Shown piece by piece: positions 11,556-24,340 of a stretch of DNA of 64,000 nt. The position numbers and the translations under genes are program-made. Source of the DNA: Gekko japonicus (Eukaryota); assembly GCF_001447785.1 (NCBI RefSeq), contig NW_015174905.1, positions 186,001 to 250,000 of the forward strand, in the 5' to 3' direction. The notes under the pieces are model-generated. The model was not told the DNA's origin. It made no database searches and worked only from the letters and a program-made list of their open reading frames with translations. Position 1 is the stretch's first letter; the number at the start of each line of letters is the position of its first letter.

Positions 11556-11987
11556 CATAGCACAAGGGTCTTCACTGTGTGACTGAAGGTAATCGGTGGC
11601 AGCCATTTTGTGGCTGCACCCAACACACTGTGTCAGAGTTTCAAAGGTGCCTGAAGGCTCAAAGTGGTTGGGGACCCCTGACCCAGAAGAAAGCAGGATT
11701 AACAGTTTTTCCTCTGCGCCATTTCCCCAACCTGAAATTGCCCCACTGACTTGCAATTCTCTCTGTTGGACCAGAGGTACAGGCAATATTCAAAATGCTT
11801 GTGTGAGTGCCCCAGTAAACAAAATAAATCTCTAGTTAATTCTCCTCCCACTGTGCTGCAGTCCTGATTTGAGTCTGGCAGTGTTGTTTAAAATCACTCA
11901 AAAGATTCAGTCAGCACCTTGTCTGTTTGTTCTCTCCTTATCTTCATATTTAACATCATTGCCAGGTTTCCTGAAACCTTACTACTA

Positions 11988-12195
11988 TGGTTGCCAATCT
12001 CCAGATGGTGTCTGGAGAACTCCTGCTTTTACAACTGATCTCCAAGCAGCAGAGATCAGTTCACCTGAAGAAAATGGCTGCTTTGGAAGATGGACTCTAT
12101 GGCAATATACCCCATTGTAAGTTTGTCCCCTCCCCAAACCCTACCCTCCTCAGGCTCTACCCCCCCCCGCAAATCCCCAATTACTTCCCAACCGA
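11988..12195. mobile_element. Abundant non-autonomous repeat with gggttgccaa / ttggcaaccc ends (further copies ~16637-16798, 17678-17850, 21781-21981, 37078-37600)
   Basis: Shared core gagatcagttcccctggagaaaatggctgctttgga in at least 6 copies; imperfect terminal inverted repeats. Confidence 0.75.
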
Positions 12196-12578
12196 GCTGG
12201 TGGTTCGGCTCGCAAGATCGAAAGCCTAGAAGATCTCTTCGGCATCAAGAAGCCTGTAATGGGCTGTTCCAGCCAGGCAGTGGCATTATGGAGCTGCGAC
12301 CCAAAGAGTCCTGGAGAGGAAGAGCAGACGTTATCCAGCCAAGCCAAGCCGAGTGAGAAAAATGACGTCTGGATCATGTCTGAGTTGCAAATGAACAAAT
12401 CTCCGTTGGCTGCAAAAGGTGTGCTATGTAAAGATTATATGTGTTGTCCTCCCTTACCCCTATAAAGCATTGTTAGTCCCTTGTGAAATGAGAAACTGTA
12501 AATCGCTCAGAGCCAGCAGCTCTGCAAGGATTGAGCGATCAATAAATTGAAAGAAGAAAAAGAAGAAGAAGAAGAAGA
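12195..12578 (+). mobile_element. 5'-truncated copy of the composite element at 716-1310, (AAG)n tail
   Basis: catcaagaagcctgtaatgggc.gttccagccaggcag and aaatcgctcagagccagcagctctgca are reverse complements of segments in 730-1045. Confidence 0.75.
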
Positions 12579-12984
12579 ACCCTGCTTACTTTCTTACAGT
12601 GAGTCAGTCCTTTGTGGAATAATATGCCCTCATCTATCTCTCCTCTCAGGCATACACACAGTTCCCTGAATCACACAGGGTAGGCTGGAAAATTCTAAGC
12701 CTACCACCAAGGCCCGCCAAACAAATAGGCAGTTCTTAACTCTGCACTGAGGGAGGGGATTGCTTCATCAGAATTCAGCACGAGGCCAGCTCCTTTGGGG
12801 AGCTCCACAAGGACAAAAGACTGTCTTAGCTCAAGGGTAACCAACAGTAGGAATTATCAAGGCATACTATAGTCACAGGCTTCCATAAATTAATTTCATC
12901 AGCAGCTGTAAAGATACAATAAAACCAAAGGGAAGAAAAAAGGCAGGTTGGCATATTTTAACTTGATGTATTTTAATTATTTGA

Positions 12985-13340
12985 CATGCGGTGTTGGAGG
13001 AGAGTTTTAGGGTTACTGTGGACTGCCAAAAAGACAAACAAGTTAATTCAAGGTCAGATCAAGCCTGAACTCTCACTAGAAGCTAAAGTGACTAAACTGA
13101 GGCTATCATATTTTGGTTACATTATGAGAAGACAAGGGTCACTGGGGTAGACAATAATGTTAGGAAAAGTTGAAGGCAGCAGGAAAACAGGAAGACCCAA
13201 CATGAGATGGATTGAATCTATAAAGGAAGTCATAATCAGTTTGCAAAACCTGAGCAAGGCTGTTTATGAAACGATGTTTGAGAGGTCATTCGTTCGTAGG
13301 GTTGTCATAGAAGCCACTTGATGGCACTTAGCACACACAT
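12985..13340 (+). mobile_element. Older RTE-clade LINE 3' fragment
   Basis: Degenerate WRRVLGLLWTAK...YFGYIMR...MLGKVEGSRKTGRP..RWIES. Confidence 0.7.
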
Positions 13341-13364
13341 TTTAATTAGGTTCTTATTTGTGTT

Positions 13365-13930
13365 CCTGGGATCCCAGATCACCACAGACTGTGACAGCAG
13401 CCTTGGGAGGAAAGCGATGGCGAACCTCAACAGCATGATAAAAAGTAGAGACATCACCCTGCCAACAAAGGTCCGCATGGTCAAAGCAATGGTATTCCCA
13501 GTAGTCATGTATGGCTGCGAGAGTTGGACTATAAGGAAGGCCGAGCGCCGAAGAATAGATGCTTTTGAACTATGGTGCTGGAGAAGACTCTTGAGAGTCC
13601 CTTGGACTGCAAGAAGATCAAATCAGTCAATCCTAAAATAAATCAACCCTGACTGTTCCCTGGAAGGCCAGATACTGAAATTGAAGCTCAAATACTTTGG
13701 CCACCAAATGAGAAAGGAGCACTCACTGGAGAAGACCCTGATGCTGGGAAAGATTGAAGGTCAAAGAAGACGGGGACGGCAAAGGATGAGATGGTTAGAC
13801 AGTGTCATAGATGCAACGAACATGAAGTTGAGCAAACTTCAGAGGACGGCGGAAGACCGGAGGGGCTGGCGTGATCTGGTCCATGGGGTCGCGAAGAGTC
13901 GGACTCAACTGTGCGACTGAACAACAAAAA
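13365..13930 (+). mobile_element. RTE-BovB LINE 3' fragment
   Basis: KSRDITLPTKVRMVKAMVFPVVMYGCESWTIRKAERRRIDAFELWCWRRLLRVPW; ends in ctgaacaacaaaaa. Confidence 0.95.
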
Positions 13931-14569
13931 TGTTTTATAAGCTGCCTTGGGCATTGTAGAAAGGCAGGATATAAATATTTTAAATAAATATTGAGTCCTG
14001 GATCCTTTCAAATGACTTATCGAGCTCATCACAGAACAGGAATTAGTTATCATATGTGGTCATATGTACCCTAGATATAGCCCTGGGATAAAGGGAGCTA
14101 CCTTCCCTTTGTTAATTAACTTCATGAAACTTGGCATAAGAAGTATCAGCTTAGGTTCCACACCCATATTTAAGAAACACGCAGATCTAAACAATATAAG
14201 GTATCTATGAGTAAGGGATCATATGGCTCTACAAATTTAGAAGGAACATGGCTATCCAGATAGCATGATGAAACTCAAAATAAATAATGGAGAATACTAC
14301 AGCGTTCTGGGCTGAAGAATTAGCAAATCTCAAGCACTCAGTCAATATTAATCAAGCACTCAAAGTCAATACCCAACACTAGCACCTCACTAACGAGCCA
14401 GTCACTCCAGGCACGCAGATGCTGAGCATTACTTAAGAGTGGAGGCAAAAGCCCTGAGTACAAGACAGTTGTATCTACCAATCCTTGAAGGTCTAAATGG
14501 GATCCAAGTAATTAGCAAATAATCCAAGAGGAGAAAAAGGAAATTCATGAGTCTTCATGGCAAGAAGTG

Positions 14570-14667
14570 CATTGTGAGCAAGGATTCTGCTCTCAGTTAA
14601 AATCTGTGAGCTGGAGGCTAAAAAACTGTGAGCTAGCTCACACTAACTCAGCTTAGAGGGAACACTG
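14570..14667. mobile_element. Partial hAT MITE (cagtgttccctctaagc family)
   Basis: gtgagctagctcacactaactcagcttagagggaacactg terminus, identical to that of 18745-18950. Confidence 0.75.
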
Positions 14668-14834
14668 GTTACAGGACAAGCAGAATAACCCCAAAACAAA
14701 TTATTCTTTTCTTCTCTGTTGTCCTAGAATGCTTCATAGAACTGCTAAATGGGGGGGGGGGAGAGTAATATCGCCTCAAACTAAACCATCTTCTACCCTA
14801 AAAGCTCCTTTAGAAAAGTCATCAGTTCAAAGAT

Positions 14835-15830
14835 ATTTTATTTATTTATCTAACATTATTTATACTCCATGTTCTCACTTGGAGTCATGGTGGATTACAT
14901 AGAGTGAATTAATACAATTGATAGGGTGGGATACTCAATGAACAATGCACTTGGATTAGAATTAGAGAACCAACCAGAAGTCTAAAAACAGAATTGAAGC
15001 GAAACATAAGTATTAGTATGACACATTAAATAATGCAAAAATCACTTAGTAGGATCCTAGTTTCAGCAAGCTATACACAGTAGTACAGATCACAGAACCT
15101 CATGATTTTCCCAAGCAACTTTGTGAATATTTAGTGCAGTGCTTCCACAGAAAAGCCCTTTTGAATAATTCAGTTCTGCATTGTTCACGGAAAGCCAGGA
15201 GAGTGGGAGCCTTCCTGACCTCCTCAGGCACACTGCTCTGTGAGACAGGAGCCACAACAAAGAAGACATTGTGTAGAGGTGATTGTTGATTTTGCCCATT
15301 TGCAGGTTGACGCCTGCAGATGACCTTGCTCAGATGAGCAAAGTTATCATTGCAGAGCATGGGGGAGAGACAGACTCATAGATATGAGGGTTCAAAGGCA
15401 TGAAGGGCTTTGTATGTGATAGTCAATACCTTAAACTGAGCCCGACAACTGATGGGCAGCCAGTGGAGTGATTGCAGAATGGGAGTAATATGTGTGTTCC
15501 ATCTAGCTCTCAACAATAGCCAAGCCGTGGCATTCTGCACCAACTGGAGCTTCTAAATTGATTTTGAGGAGAGACCAATGCAGTAGTCTAGTCTCAATGT
15601 TACTGTGGCAAGGATCCAGGTGGCCAGCTCAGCCATATCATGATACAGGGACATCTTTTGGACTAGGCTGATTTGGAAGAAAACCTGCATTAGGGTGCTT
15701 CTCCCGTAATCATGTTGCATCAATATAACTCCGAGTGTCTTAACTTGAGTCAGTATGGGTCAGTTGAACTCCATCAAAAGTAGGGACCACAATGTCCTTC
15801 AAGATCTTTGCCTTGCCAGCCAGTTTTATC
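14835..15830 (-). mobile_element. Old L2 LINE 3' fragment
   Basis: PEEVRKAPTLLAFREQCRTELFKRAF on the minus strand; A/T-rich tail at the left end. Confidence 0.65.
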
Positions 15831-16823
15831 GCACCGTGGATATTTCTTTCTAAAATCTACTGTAACTAATTATTTAATGAAGATATTAACGTTCCAGCAC
15901 ATTATTGCAATTATATGCAACACAATCAGCAAGATCCCACAATACAAAAGACCAAAAGACACATTTATGAAATAGCAATATAAGTACTGTAAGCTTTACC
16001 CAAATTTACAGAAAGAAAAAAAGGATCTGGTGCCAGGAACTCATAAATGTGGGTTTGAAGGATGATTCATGATCTGTCTGTGTTTCTACACCTGAAAAAT
16101 TAGATTAAAACTACTGGACCCCATTGGATCAAGCTTTCACTTTAAGGTGTAATTATATTAAGATAATGCTGTTTTTGTTTTTGCTGATCAAGTATTGCAC
16201 CTGCTTCATCCAAAGTAATTCAGTACATTAATACATCTGTTTTGGTTCTTAATTTCTACATATATCAGAAGACAACTTGCAAACTTATTCCATCATTCCC
16301 ACCATGTGTCTGAACTATCACACAGTAGCTGTATATTTGCTTCCACTATCGTACAGCTTCAACACAGTTCTCATAACACCATATTCATGGCCTACTTACC
16401 ATCTTATTGCCACCGATCCTCCATTTTGTTGGCCTTTCTCTCTTCCCTTCATCTTGATGATTGAGGCCAGCTTTGCCATTCACATAAGGTCTAGAAAACA
16501 AGTTTTGGGCTATCTCCAAAACAAAAACTGTGTGCCACCAAAGAAAGTTCAGGGTCAGGCTTAATTCTGCACAATCTCAGGCCCAGGATCTCTCAGTAAT
16601 TAATCACGAGCCCTATAGTACAACAGGATCTGGACATAGGGTTGCCAGAATTACAACTAATCTCTATAGTACAAAGATCAATTCGCCTGGAGAAAATGGT
16701 TGCTGCTACTGAGGGTAAGTTCTATGGCATTTACCCTGCAGAGGTCCCTCCCCTCCCCAAAATCTGCAGGGATTTCCCATCTCACAGTTGGCAGCCCTAT
16801 GACACCTTAGCACTTAAGCTTTA

Positions 16824-17176
16824 AAAAGGTAAAGGTAAAGGTTCCCTTGCTCGAAAGCCAGTTGAATCCGACTCTAGGGTTGCGGTGCTCATCTCCGTTT
16901 CAAAGCCGAAGAGCCAGCGCTGTCCGAAGACATTTCCGTGGTCATGTGGCCGGCATGACTAAACACCAAGGCACACGGAACGCTGTTACCTTCCCACCAA
17001 AGTGGTACCTATTTATCTACTTGCAATTTCTTGCTTTTGAATTGCTAGGTTGGCAGGAGCTGGAACTAGAGATGGGAGCCCACTCCATCATGCGGCACCC
17101 GGGTCTCGAACTGCTGAACTACTGACCTTCCACAGCCTGCAGTTCAGCGTCTTAACCACTTGAGCCACCGCAGCTC
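16824..17176 (-). mobile_element. Full-length Sauria SINE with 13-bp TSD
   Basis: (acctt)n-type tail (aaaggtaaaggtaaagg on plus), tRNA-like head; cacttaagcttta at 16811-16823 and 17177-17189. Confidence 0.92.
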
Positions 17177-18744
17177 CACTTAAGCTTTAGAAAGAAGTAA
17201 TATCTTAGCATTTTCCCTTAAGAGTTTCCTAGTTCAAGGTGATCTAATTTGAACAATGAAGTTTCCCACCACAAATTGCAGCTCAGTAAGATAATTGCTT
17301 CTAAGGTGTCCAGAGACCTTTCTTCACTTTCCTTATCTGGCAATATTTCTAGTACCCCACAAACTCCTTCCTCCTCACCTTCATGCAATTGAAGAGCATA
17401 CCTTTACCTCACCTGGATTCTCTCTCCCCTTCTTCAAGCTCAAGAAAAAAAAGTCTTGTTTTCATTGAAAGTTTCTGGCCTTAAGGACAAACTGAGTTTT
17501 TACCTGGCATGGCTAGAAAGTCCCATTTCTGAAACACGTTGCATGCCTTCTGGCCTCTCCCTTACCCTCTTGATTTATGCTTAGGTCACTAATTTAGATT
17601 ATTGGCTATCACTATGTCTATTGCACCTGCCAGCAGGATCAGTGCCTGGAATCTACTCAGATAGCTATAAACACTGTAGGGTTGCCAACCTCTTGGTGGG
17701 GCCTGGAGATCTCTCCAGACAATAGAGTTCAGTTTGCCTGGATAAAATGGCTGTTTTGGAGGATGGACTGTATGGAATTATATCCCACTGATGTCCCCCC
17801 CCTTCCCCAAACTCCACCCTCCCCAGATTCCACCAGGCAAATCTCAACCCTACTTCTTATTCTCTCTTTTAGCCTCTTGTCTCTCCCTCCACAAATGACA
17901 CACATTGTAAAATGTGTGGGCGGTAAGAATATTTGCATTTTAACATGGGCGTTGTAGTGTTTGCCATGGTTGATCTATAACTGATATTATCATGACAGCA
18001 GAATGTCCTAATTATTCCCGTCAGTAAAATTATCTTTCATTGGGAGCCTTGTCACCTTGTCAAACAATCCCTTGACTGCTGAGTCTGTTGACCAGTTGGG
18101 TAAAACCCAAGACAGTAGCTCCTCAGTAGGAGGTGATGGAAGGGAGGTTTTTTCCACTGCGTTCAGGCTACCTTATCGTGAGATTTGGGGCTGAATTTGA
18201 AAATGGGCTCTGTGACACGCAGGATATTCAGTGCCACCACCTGCAGTTTCTTTTTTCTTTAGCCTGAAATACCTTCAAGTATAGAGCATTAGTGTTAAAG
18301 CACGTTAACTGACATTACCAAGCACTAGTTGTAGGGGCTGATTCAGGTAAAGATTTATTGTTGATCTTTACAAAAGGGAACACATTTCAAGAAAGCAAGT
18401 GGGGATGCTGACAAGTCATATCTAGGCATCAGTTGAGAAAATGACAAAAATCATCACTACAGTCTATCAGTTGGTCCAGTGTAAAAATCTCCCTATTGGT
18501 CCCAGCAGCAGCTTGGGCACTTTAAGCTGCAGCTAGACAAACACTTGTCAGGGACGCTCTCTAGGCTGATCCTGCACTAAGCAGGGGGTCAGATTAGGTG
18601 GCCTGTATGGCCCCTTCCAACTCAGTGATTCTTTGATTCTAGCCTCGATAAAAAAAGGTTTCTTCCCAATTTTTAAAGTCTGGCTTGGTCCATAATGTTA
18701 ATTTGGCATGTGAAAATAAATCAAATTCTCATGACAGTGTGGAC

Positions 18745-18950
18745 CAATGCTCCCTCTAAGCTGTGGAGTCCTGTGAGCAAAAACTCTACTTTGGGAGCTT
18801 CTGGCATTAAAGTTGCGAGCGAACAATTTGGCTACTGCATGAATTAGTTTGCTCTGGAGCCATCCTTCCGGAACTGAGACAAAAATGTCTGAGCCGGTGG
18901 CTAAAAAACTGTGAGCTAGCTCACACTAACTCAGCTTAGAGGGAACACTG
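18745..18950. mobile_element. hAT MITE with 8-bp TSD
   Basis: TIRs caatgctccctctaagc / gcttagagggaacactg; TSD gtgtggac. Confidence 0.9.
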
Positions 18951-20049
18951 GTGTGGACCACTGTTCTCTAACTGCAGAAATTGCAGAAGGAATGGGATCC
19001 ATTCTAACATAAGTGGACCTTAATGCATTCCACTTAGGGAGGGGCCCCAGACAGGAAGTCTCCAAAAGAGCCTAAGTCCAACTGCCAGGAGAGAACTTGT
19101 AATTAGTACAAGTTAACAGATAAACCTGATCATATTAACTAAGATCAAATAAACCAAATCTTCCTTCATTGGATGGGTGCTACATCCTCTTTAAAGAAAT
19201 CCAAGGTGGTAAAGAACCCCACATAAGTTTGATTTTGTGCGTCTCATGGCAACCCAAAATATTATCCAAATGCTGCAAGGATCTTTGCCATTGTCTGCAC
19301 ATGTGCAGTTATCTCTAGTAACCTAGGAAGAGCTACCCCCAATTTTTTTTTTTTTTTTAAAAGATTTTACCACAAATCTGGGGGCTGATCCAGGTTTGCA
19401 GAACCCTAAGTGAGAGCTATGTCTGACCCTGTCATTAAGATTTTCTTAGCCATACAGGGGTCAGCCCTTCGTTATTAGATCTACAGGTAAGTATAGGATG
19501 AATTCAGTTCAGGTTTTGATTAACTTGTATCTAATAGCTGTTGCTTCTTGCATTAATGATATTTAAATAATTAATGGACATTTGTGCTGCATGCTATGGT
19601 TATATATGTGTTTTTTCCTTGTAGCTGCTGTTTAATATATTCCTGTTTGGAAGCTTAAAAATGCTAATGACAATGGCTGCAAAGTAAACTGTCAATCCTA
19701 CAATCTTTTAAGGCATCAATCTCTTCACATCTACTTTTGGAACATCTTACATGCAAAAGTTATGCACGGTTAATTGGCACAAAATGTTTTTCTTCTCATC
19801 TTTCATAATAATAACTCTATGACAATTTCCTTCATAATATGGTAAAAACAGGAAATATCCCTCAAAAGAGATATGAGCACACTGTCATTCACAGTGACCC
19901 TGCCAGTTCATTTGGAATTGAATTAGCAGCACAGAAATGGCCCTAGTGATAATTGCCGGTGACAAGTGCTGAATGCTCTAGAGGGTGACAAGTGTGGGCA
20001 ACCCTCAACAACTCTGCTAGTCTCATTTTGGATAGAACACCCAAGCACA

Positions 20050-20225
20050 GAATTATGTGTTTGCAGCCAACTCATGGAGACCCAAGCAAGGGGATTTCAA
20101 GGCAAGTGAGAAGCAGAGGGGGTTTGCCATTGCCATCCTTTGCATTGTCTTCCTTGGTTGCCTCCCTTCCAAGTACCAACCCTGCTTAGCTTCTGAGATC
20201 TGAAGAGATCAGGCCATGCCACCTC
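20050..20225 (-). mobile_element. 5S-rRNA-derived SINE-like copy
   Basis: ccctgcttagcttctgagatctgaagagatcagg is the reverse complement of a 5S segment, joined to a non-5S body. Confidence 0.55.
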
Positions 20226-20335
20226 CTCTCCCATGATTATTATGGTGGTGGTGGACTGGACAGTGCTGTCAAGTCACAGCCAACGTTTTAAGATGAGAGA
20301 CTAGCAGAGGCGGTTTCCCATTGCCTGCCTCTGTA

Positions 20336-20703
20336 TTTTATTTATTTATTCATTTTATTATATTTATACCCCGCCCTCCCAGCGAACGGGCTCAGGGCGG
20401 CTTACATAAGGCACAAAGTGCATGCAATATATAAAAACTAAAACAATTAAAATTCAGTTCTATCAGATGCACAAATAGAAAACTCCTAACATTTTGTATA
20501 ACAGGAGGGGAGGGCTAGGGCCGCAAACAGATATTACCCGGCCCTCCGGCAGTATCGCTCTGTAATGGAGCAGTGGTAGTAGTGGCAGTGGCGGCTCCTA
20601 CTCAAAAGCCCGGTGGAAGAGCTCTGTCTTACAGGCCCTGCGGAACTGCACAAGGTCCAGCAGGGCCCTGATCTCCTCCGGGAGCTCATTCCACCAGATA
20701 GGG
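20336..20703 (-). mobile_element. L2 LINE 3' end
   Basis: (ttta)n tail, atttataccccgccctccc..ctcagggcggcttaca; resembles 7345-7750. Confidence 0.7.
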
Positions 20704-21522
20704 GTACGCCTAAATTTTTCTGAGTAGGGGTAAAAACTGGGGGGGGGCGATTTTGGATGGGAGGAACACTTAAATCATTCCTTTTCCCCAGCCCCATGGC
20801 TTTGTAAAAGAAAAAAAGATCATGGAACTACACAAACCAGTAGTGCCAAGAATACAACGGTAGCCTAGGGAAGGACTATGCCTCAGTGGTTGAGTATACA
20901 CTTGGCATACTCACAGGCCCAGGTTCAATCCACAGCATCTGCAGTTGAAAGGATCTGGTAGCAGATGGTATGAAAGACCTCACCCTTGAGATCCCACCCC
21001 AGAGAGCCACTTGCCAGTAAACTAGACAATACTCTGACCTCAATAGATCAATGGTCCAACTCAGCTGCTCTGGGGCCCCACTGGGGAGGAAAGTGGCATA
21101 TAAATGCTTAAATAAATAAGTAAACATCAAAATATAGGTAGAAGCACTGGTCCATGTTGTACAGGATGCTCTACCAACTTGAAAAGCCAAAGCCAATACT
21201 AGAATGTACCTATGGCCTTCTGGGAAGAAAAGGCCATCCAGTGGAAAAACAAAATGGAAGCCATCCAACTGGCAACATAAAAACCTGTACTTGATGAATG
21301 GCATTATGTTTTCAATTGGATATACAGGAGGCAAACAAAAGGCCTTAAGATCATGGCCTGTATGCTTTTTTCCTGCCTCTTTTTTTTTTAATGTCAAGCC
21401 TCATGAAAAGATTTGAAGAACTTAAAAGACTGCATACTGTACTGTGTTGCTCTAGTTGGTCTTAGTAAAAGGTATTATATTGTTTTTGATTTTTCAACAT
21501 TGCTATCAGTTACGTAAGTGTA

Positions 21523-21776
21523 GAAAAAGGAGGAGATTGGATTTATACACCACTCTTCACTTGGAGTCTCAGAGTGGCTTACAATCTCCTTTCCCTTCCT
21601 CTCCCCACGACACCCTGTGAGGTAGGTGGGGCTGAGAGAGCTCTCTCGAGAACTGCCCCTGAGAGAACAACTCTGAGAGAACTGTGACTGACTCGAGGTC
21701 ACTCCAGCAGCTGCATGTGGAGGAATAGGGAATTGAACCTGGTTCTCCCAGATTAGAGTCCACACTCTTAACCACC
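21523..21776 (-). mobile_element. Squam3-type SINE
   Basis: Near full length; matches 41867-42142 and 48205-48482. Confidence 0.85.
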
Positions 21777-22176
21777 AAATTGGCTGCCAACCTCCAGGTA
21801 GGCATCTAAAGATCTCCCAGAATGACAAGAGCTCTCCAGACGACACAGAGCAGTTCCTCTGGAGAAAATGGCTGATTTGGAGAGTGGCCTCCATGGCATT
21901 ATACCCTCCTTCCCAAATCCTACCCTTCCCAGGCTCCACCTCCAAATCTCCAGGAATTTCCCAAATGGAGCTGGCAATGCTAGAAGTGCCTAAATTTTAT
22001 TTTTCATTTCATTGTTCCTAGAATCTATTTTTAGAAAAACAATATAAATACACTTTAAAAAACCAACAGTTAATGGGATCTTTAACGTCTTTGTTTCACA
22101 GTTTTAGAAACATGTTGTTGCCTTATTTTGGCAACTGTATCATTCCCTGCATGTTTCTTTTTAAGTCTGAGAAGAA

Positions 22177-22571
22177 CAGGGGTCATTTCCTGCAGGAGCG
22201 CAAAGGAGCGGAGCTCCGGCAGTAAAGAGCCCGGGGGGTGGGCACATGCAACAAGCCCCACCCCCTGCTCCCAGCAGCCCTCAGTCAGAGCCAGAAGCAG
22301 CCAGGTAAGCTGCAGAGGCCCCCCCCAGTCCAAAACAGTCCAGTGGCACCTTTAAGACCAAGTTTTATTCAGGTACAAGCAAGGACAGATCTGCACGCCC
22401 TCCCCGTCCCCTATAGGTAGCAATCCAAAACAGTCCAGTGGAGCCTGAGCGGTGAGTGTTGCCTTCTGACACACTTCCGGTGATGTCGGGGTGGTGGCAT
22501 ATGCAAATAGGTTATGCTAATGTGTTATGCTAATGAGCTCCTGCATCTCTTTTTCTACGAAATGACCCCTG
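22177..22571. mobile_element. hAT-type MITE with 8-bp TSD
   Basis: TIRs caggggtcatttc / gaaatgacccctg; gagaagaa at 22169-22176 and 22572-22579. Confidence 0.9.
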
Positions 22572-23342
22572 GAGAAGAATAACTTAAACATCTGAAGTAT
22601 TTGTTTCACGTTCCAGAAACTGTATTTGGCTGCTGTTAAAAAGGAACATAAGTTTTACAATATGAAAATGTAGCAAAACGTGTATTGATAGGTATGCCAA
22701 TGGAGTCCATCAGACTTCTCTACAAACCACACATGCACTGACTGGACTTTCATTGGTGCGCACACAAAACTACCATGATACATTTTAAAATGTCATTGTG
22801 ATATATGTACCTGTCTTTCATCCACCGAGTGGACTCAGAATACAATGCACATTTAAAAAAATGTAAGTTAAACAGAAAGTTAAACAGAAATATACATGTC
22901 TCCAATAAAATCTTAAATTAGGTGACAAACCACAAGGGTGTCCCGGGGCTTGGGCTGGGTCCCATTGACACAGCTCACAGAGGACCACAGGCAAAGAGCT
23001 AAGGGCTCACACCTATGGCCAAGCCCTGGCTTCAAATACCTGCAAAAACAGTGTATGCAAAGCACGGAGAAAAAAAGTGGGAAGTATTCCATCTCCCTCT
23101 GTGAAACTGATTGGCAGCTGGCCCATAACAACCACAAGGAAGTATCACTTATATAACACCCTAATTACTATGGGATTAATTGCCACAAGGTATTCTGACG
23201 GATGCCAGCATGTATGTATTTAATAATAGTTTAAGTGCTGACTTTTCCATAACTAGGGCTATGAAGTCCAGATTTAGAGACTGTCTATACCAACGGACTG
23301 GGCACAAATGAGAAGAGACACTTGACTGTCTTATGACGTTCT

Positions 23343-23408
23343 CTAACCAGGCCCGACCCTGCTTAGCTTCCGAGATCAAATGAGATCAGGCGTGTTCAGG
23401 GTGGCATG
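23343..23408 (-). pseudogene. 5S rRNA pseudogene fragment (5' portion)
   Basis: Reverse complement catgccaccctgaacacgcctgatctcatttgatctcggaagctaagcagggtcgggcctggttag matches vertebrate 5S; box C and the terminator are missing. Confidence 0.85.
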
Positions 23409-23739
23409 ACGATCTCAAACATAATCATTGTTGGCAATTGCCAGATTCGTTAGAACTCTGGTTTGATTCTGAATGAAAATTTTTATGGTCTTTACATTAC
23501 TGCTTTCTGTACTGCACATTCTGCAGTACAACACGCAAACCAAAGCTTTATTTGTTGACGACCACTGAAAATGGAATTAAATCAAACCTGTAGGCCTCAC
23601 CCCCCAACAACAGCCCCTTTTCAGCCGTTTAAGCCATCTACTTCCCCACCTCCTATCACAGTAATCTGTGACAATGTGAAGAATCCAAACTGTCCCTCAC
23701 ATAAGCAAATGAGAATCCTTCATGATAGCCGATACATCA

Positions 23740-23945
23740 GATTGATTGTACACTCCACCTTTCTCTCCAATGAGCATACATTGTTCTTCTCCCCTCTGCT
23801 TTATCCTCACAACGACCCGGTGAGGCAGGTTGAGATTGTGACTGGCCAAAGGTCACCCAGCCAGCTTCCGTGGCAGAGTGGGGATTTGAACTTGAGTCTC
23901 CCAGATCCTGGCCCAACACTCTTAAGCACCCCACCACGCTCGCTC
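23740..23945 (-). mobile_element. tRNA-derived SINE (Squam3/MIR-like), old copy
   Basis: atcctcacaacgacccggtgagg...ggggatttgaac...aacactcttaa. Confidence 0.65.
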
Positions 23946-24340
23946 TCATGAACTGATCCAATTCAGCTTTAAAGCGAAGAAGGTGCTTTTCTCCTCCTCT
24001 TCAGCTGGGTGTGGCTCATTCTGAAAATCTGAACAAGCTGTAAACTAGCAGCAGTGCAATTTAGTTTTTAATACAATGCTGCGCACATGAATGAAAACAG
24101 GACCCATTTTCAGCATTCCGATTATGGAAGGATAAATAAGCAGCTATACATCTTAGGCTTTTATAACTGAAATAATTAATATGCTTAATATTCATGGTGG
24201 GGAGAGGAGAGGCATGACAGGGCAAGGATGTCAGCAGGAGGAGAAGTGGCACTGGTCCGTTGCTCACATGAAGGAATTCCCCTCTACCTCTACCACCAGG
24301 CCACTGAGATTTGTATTTCACTCCTTTCCCCACAGACTTA

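Noticed and set aside
23343-23408. Functional 5S rRNA gene
   Set aside because: Truncated; lacks box C and the terminator.
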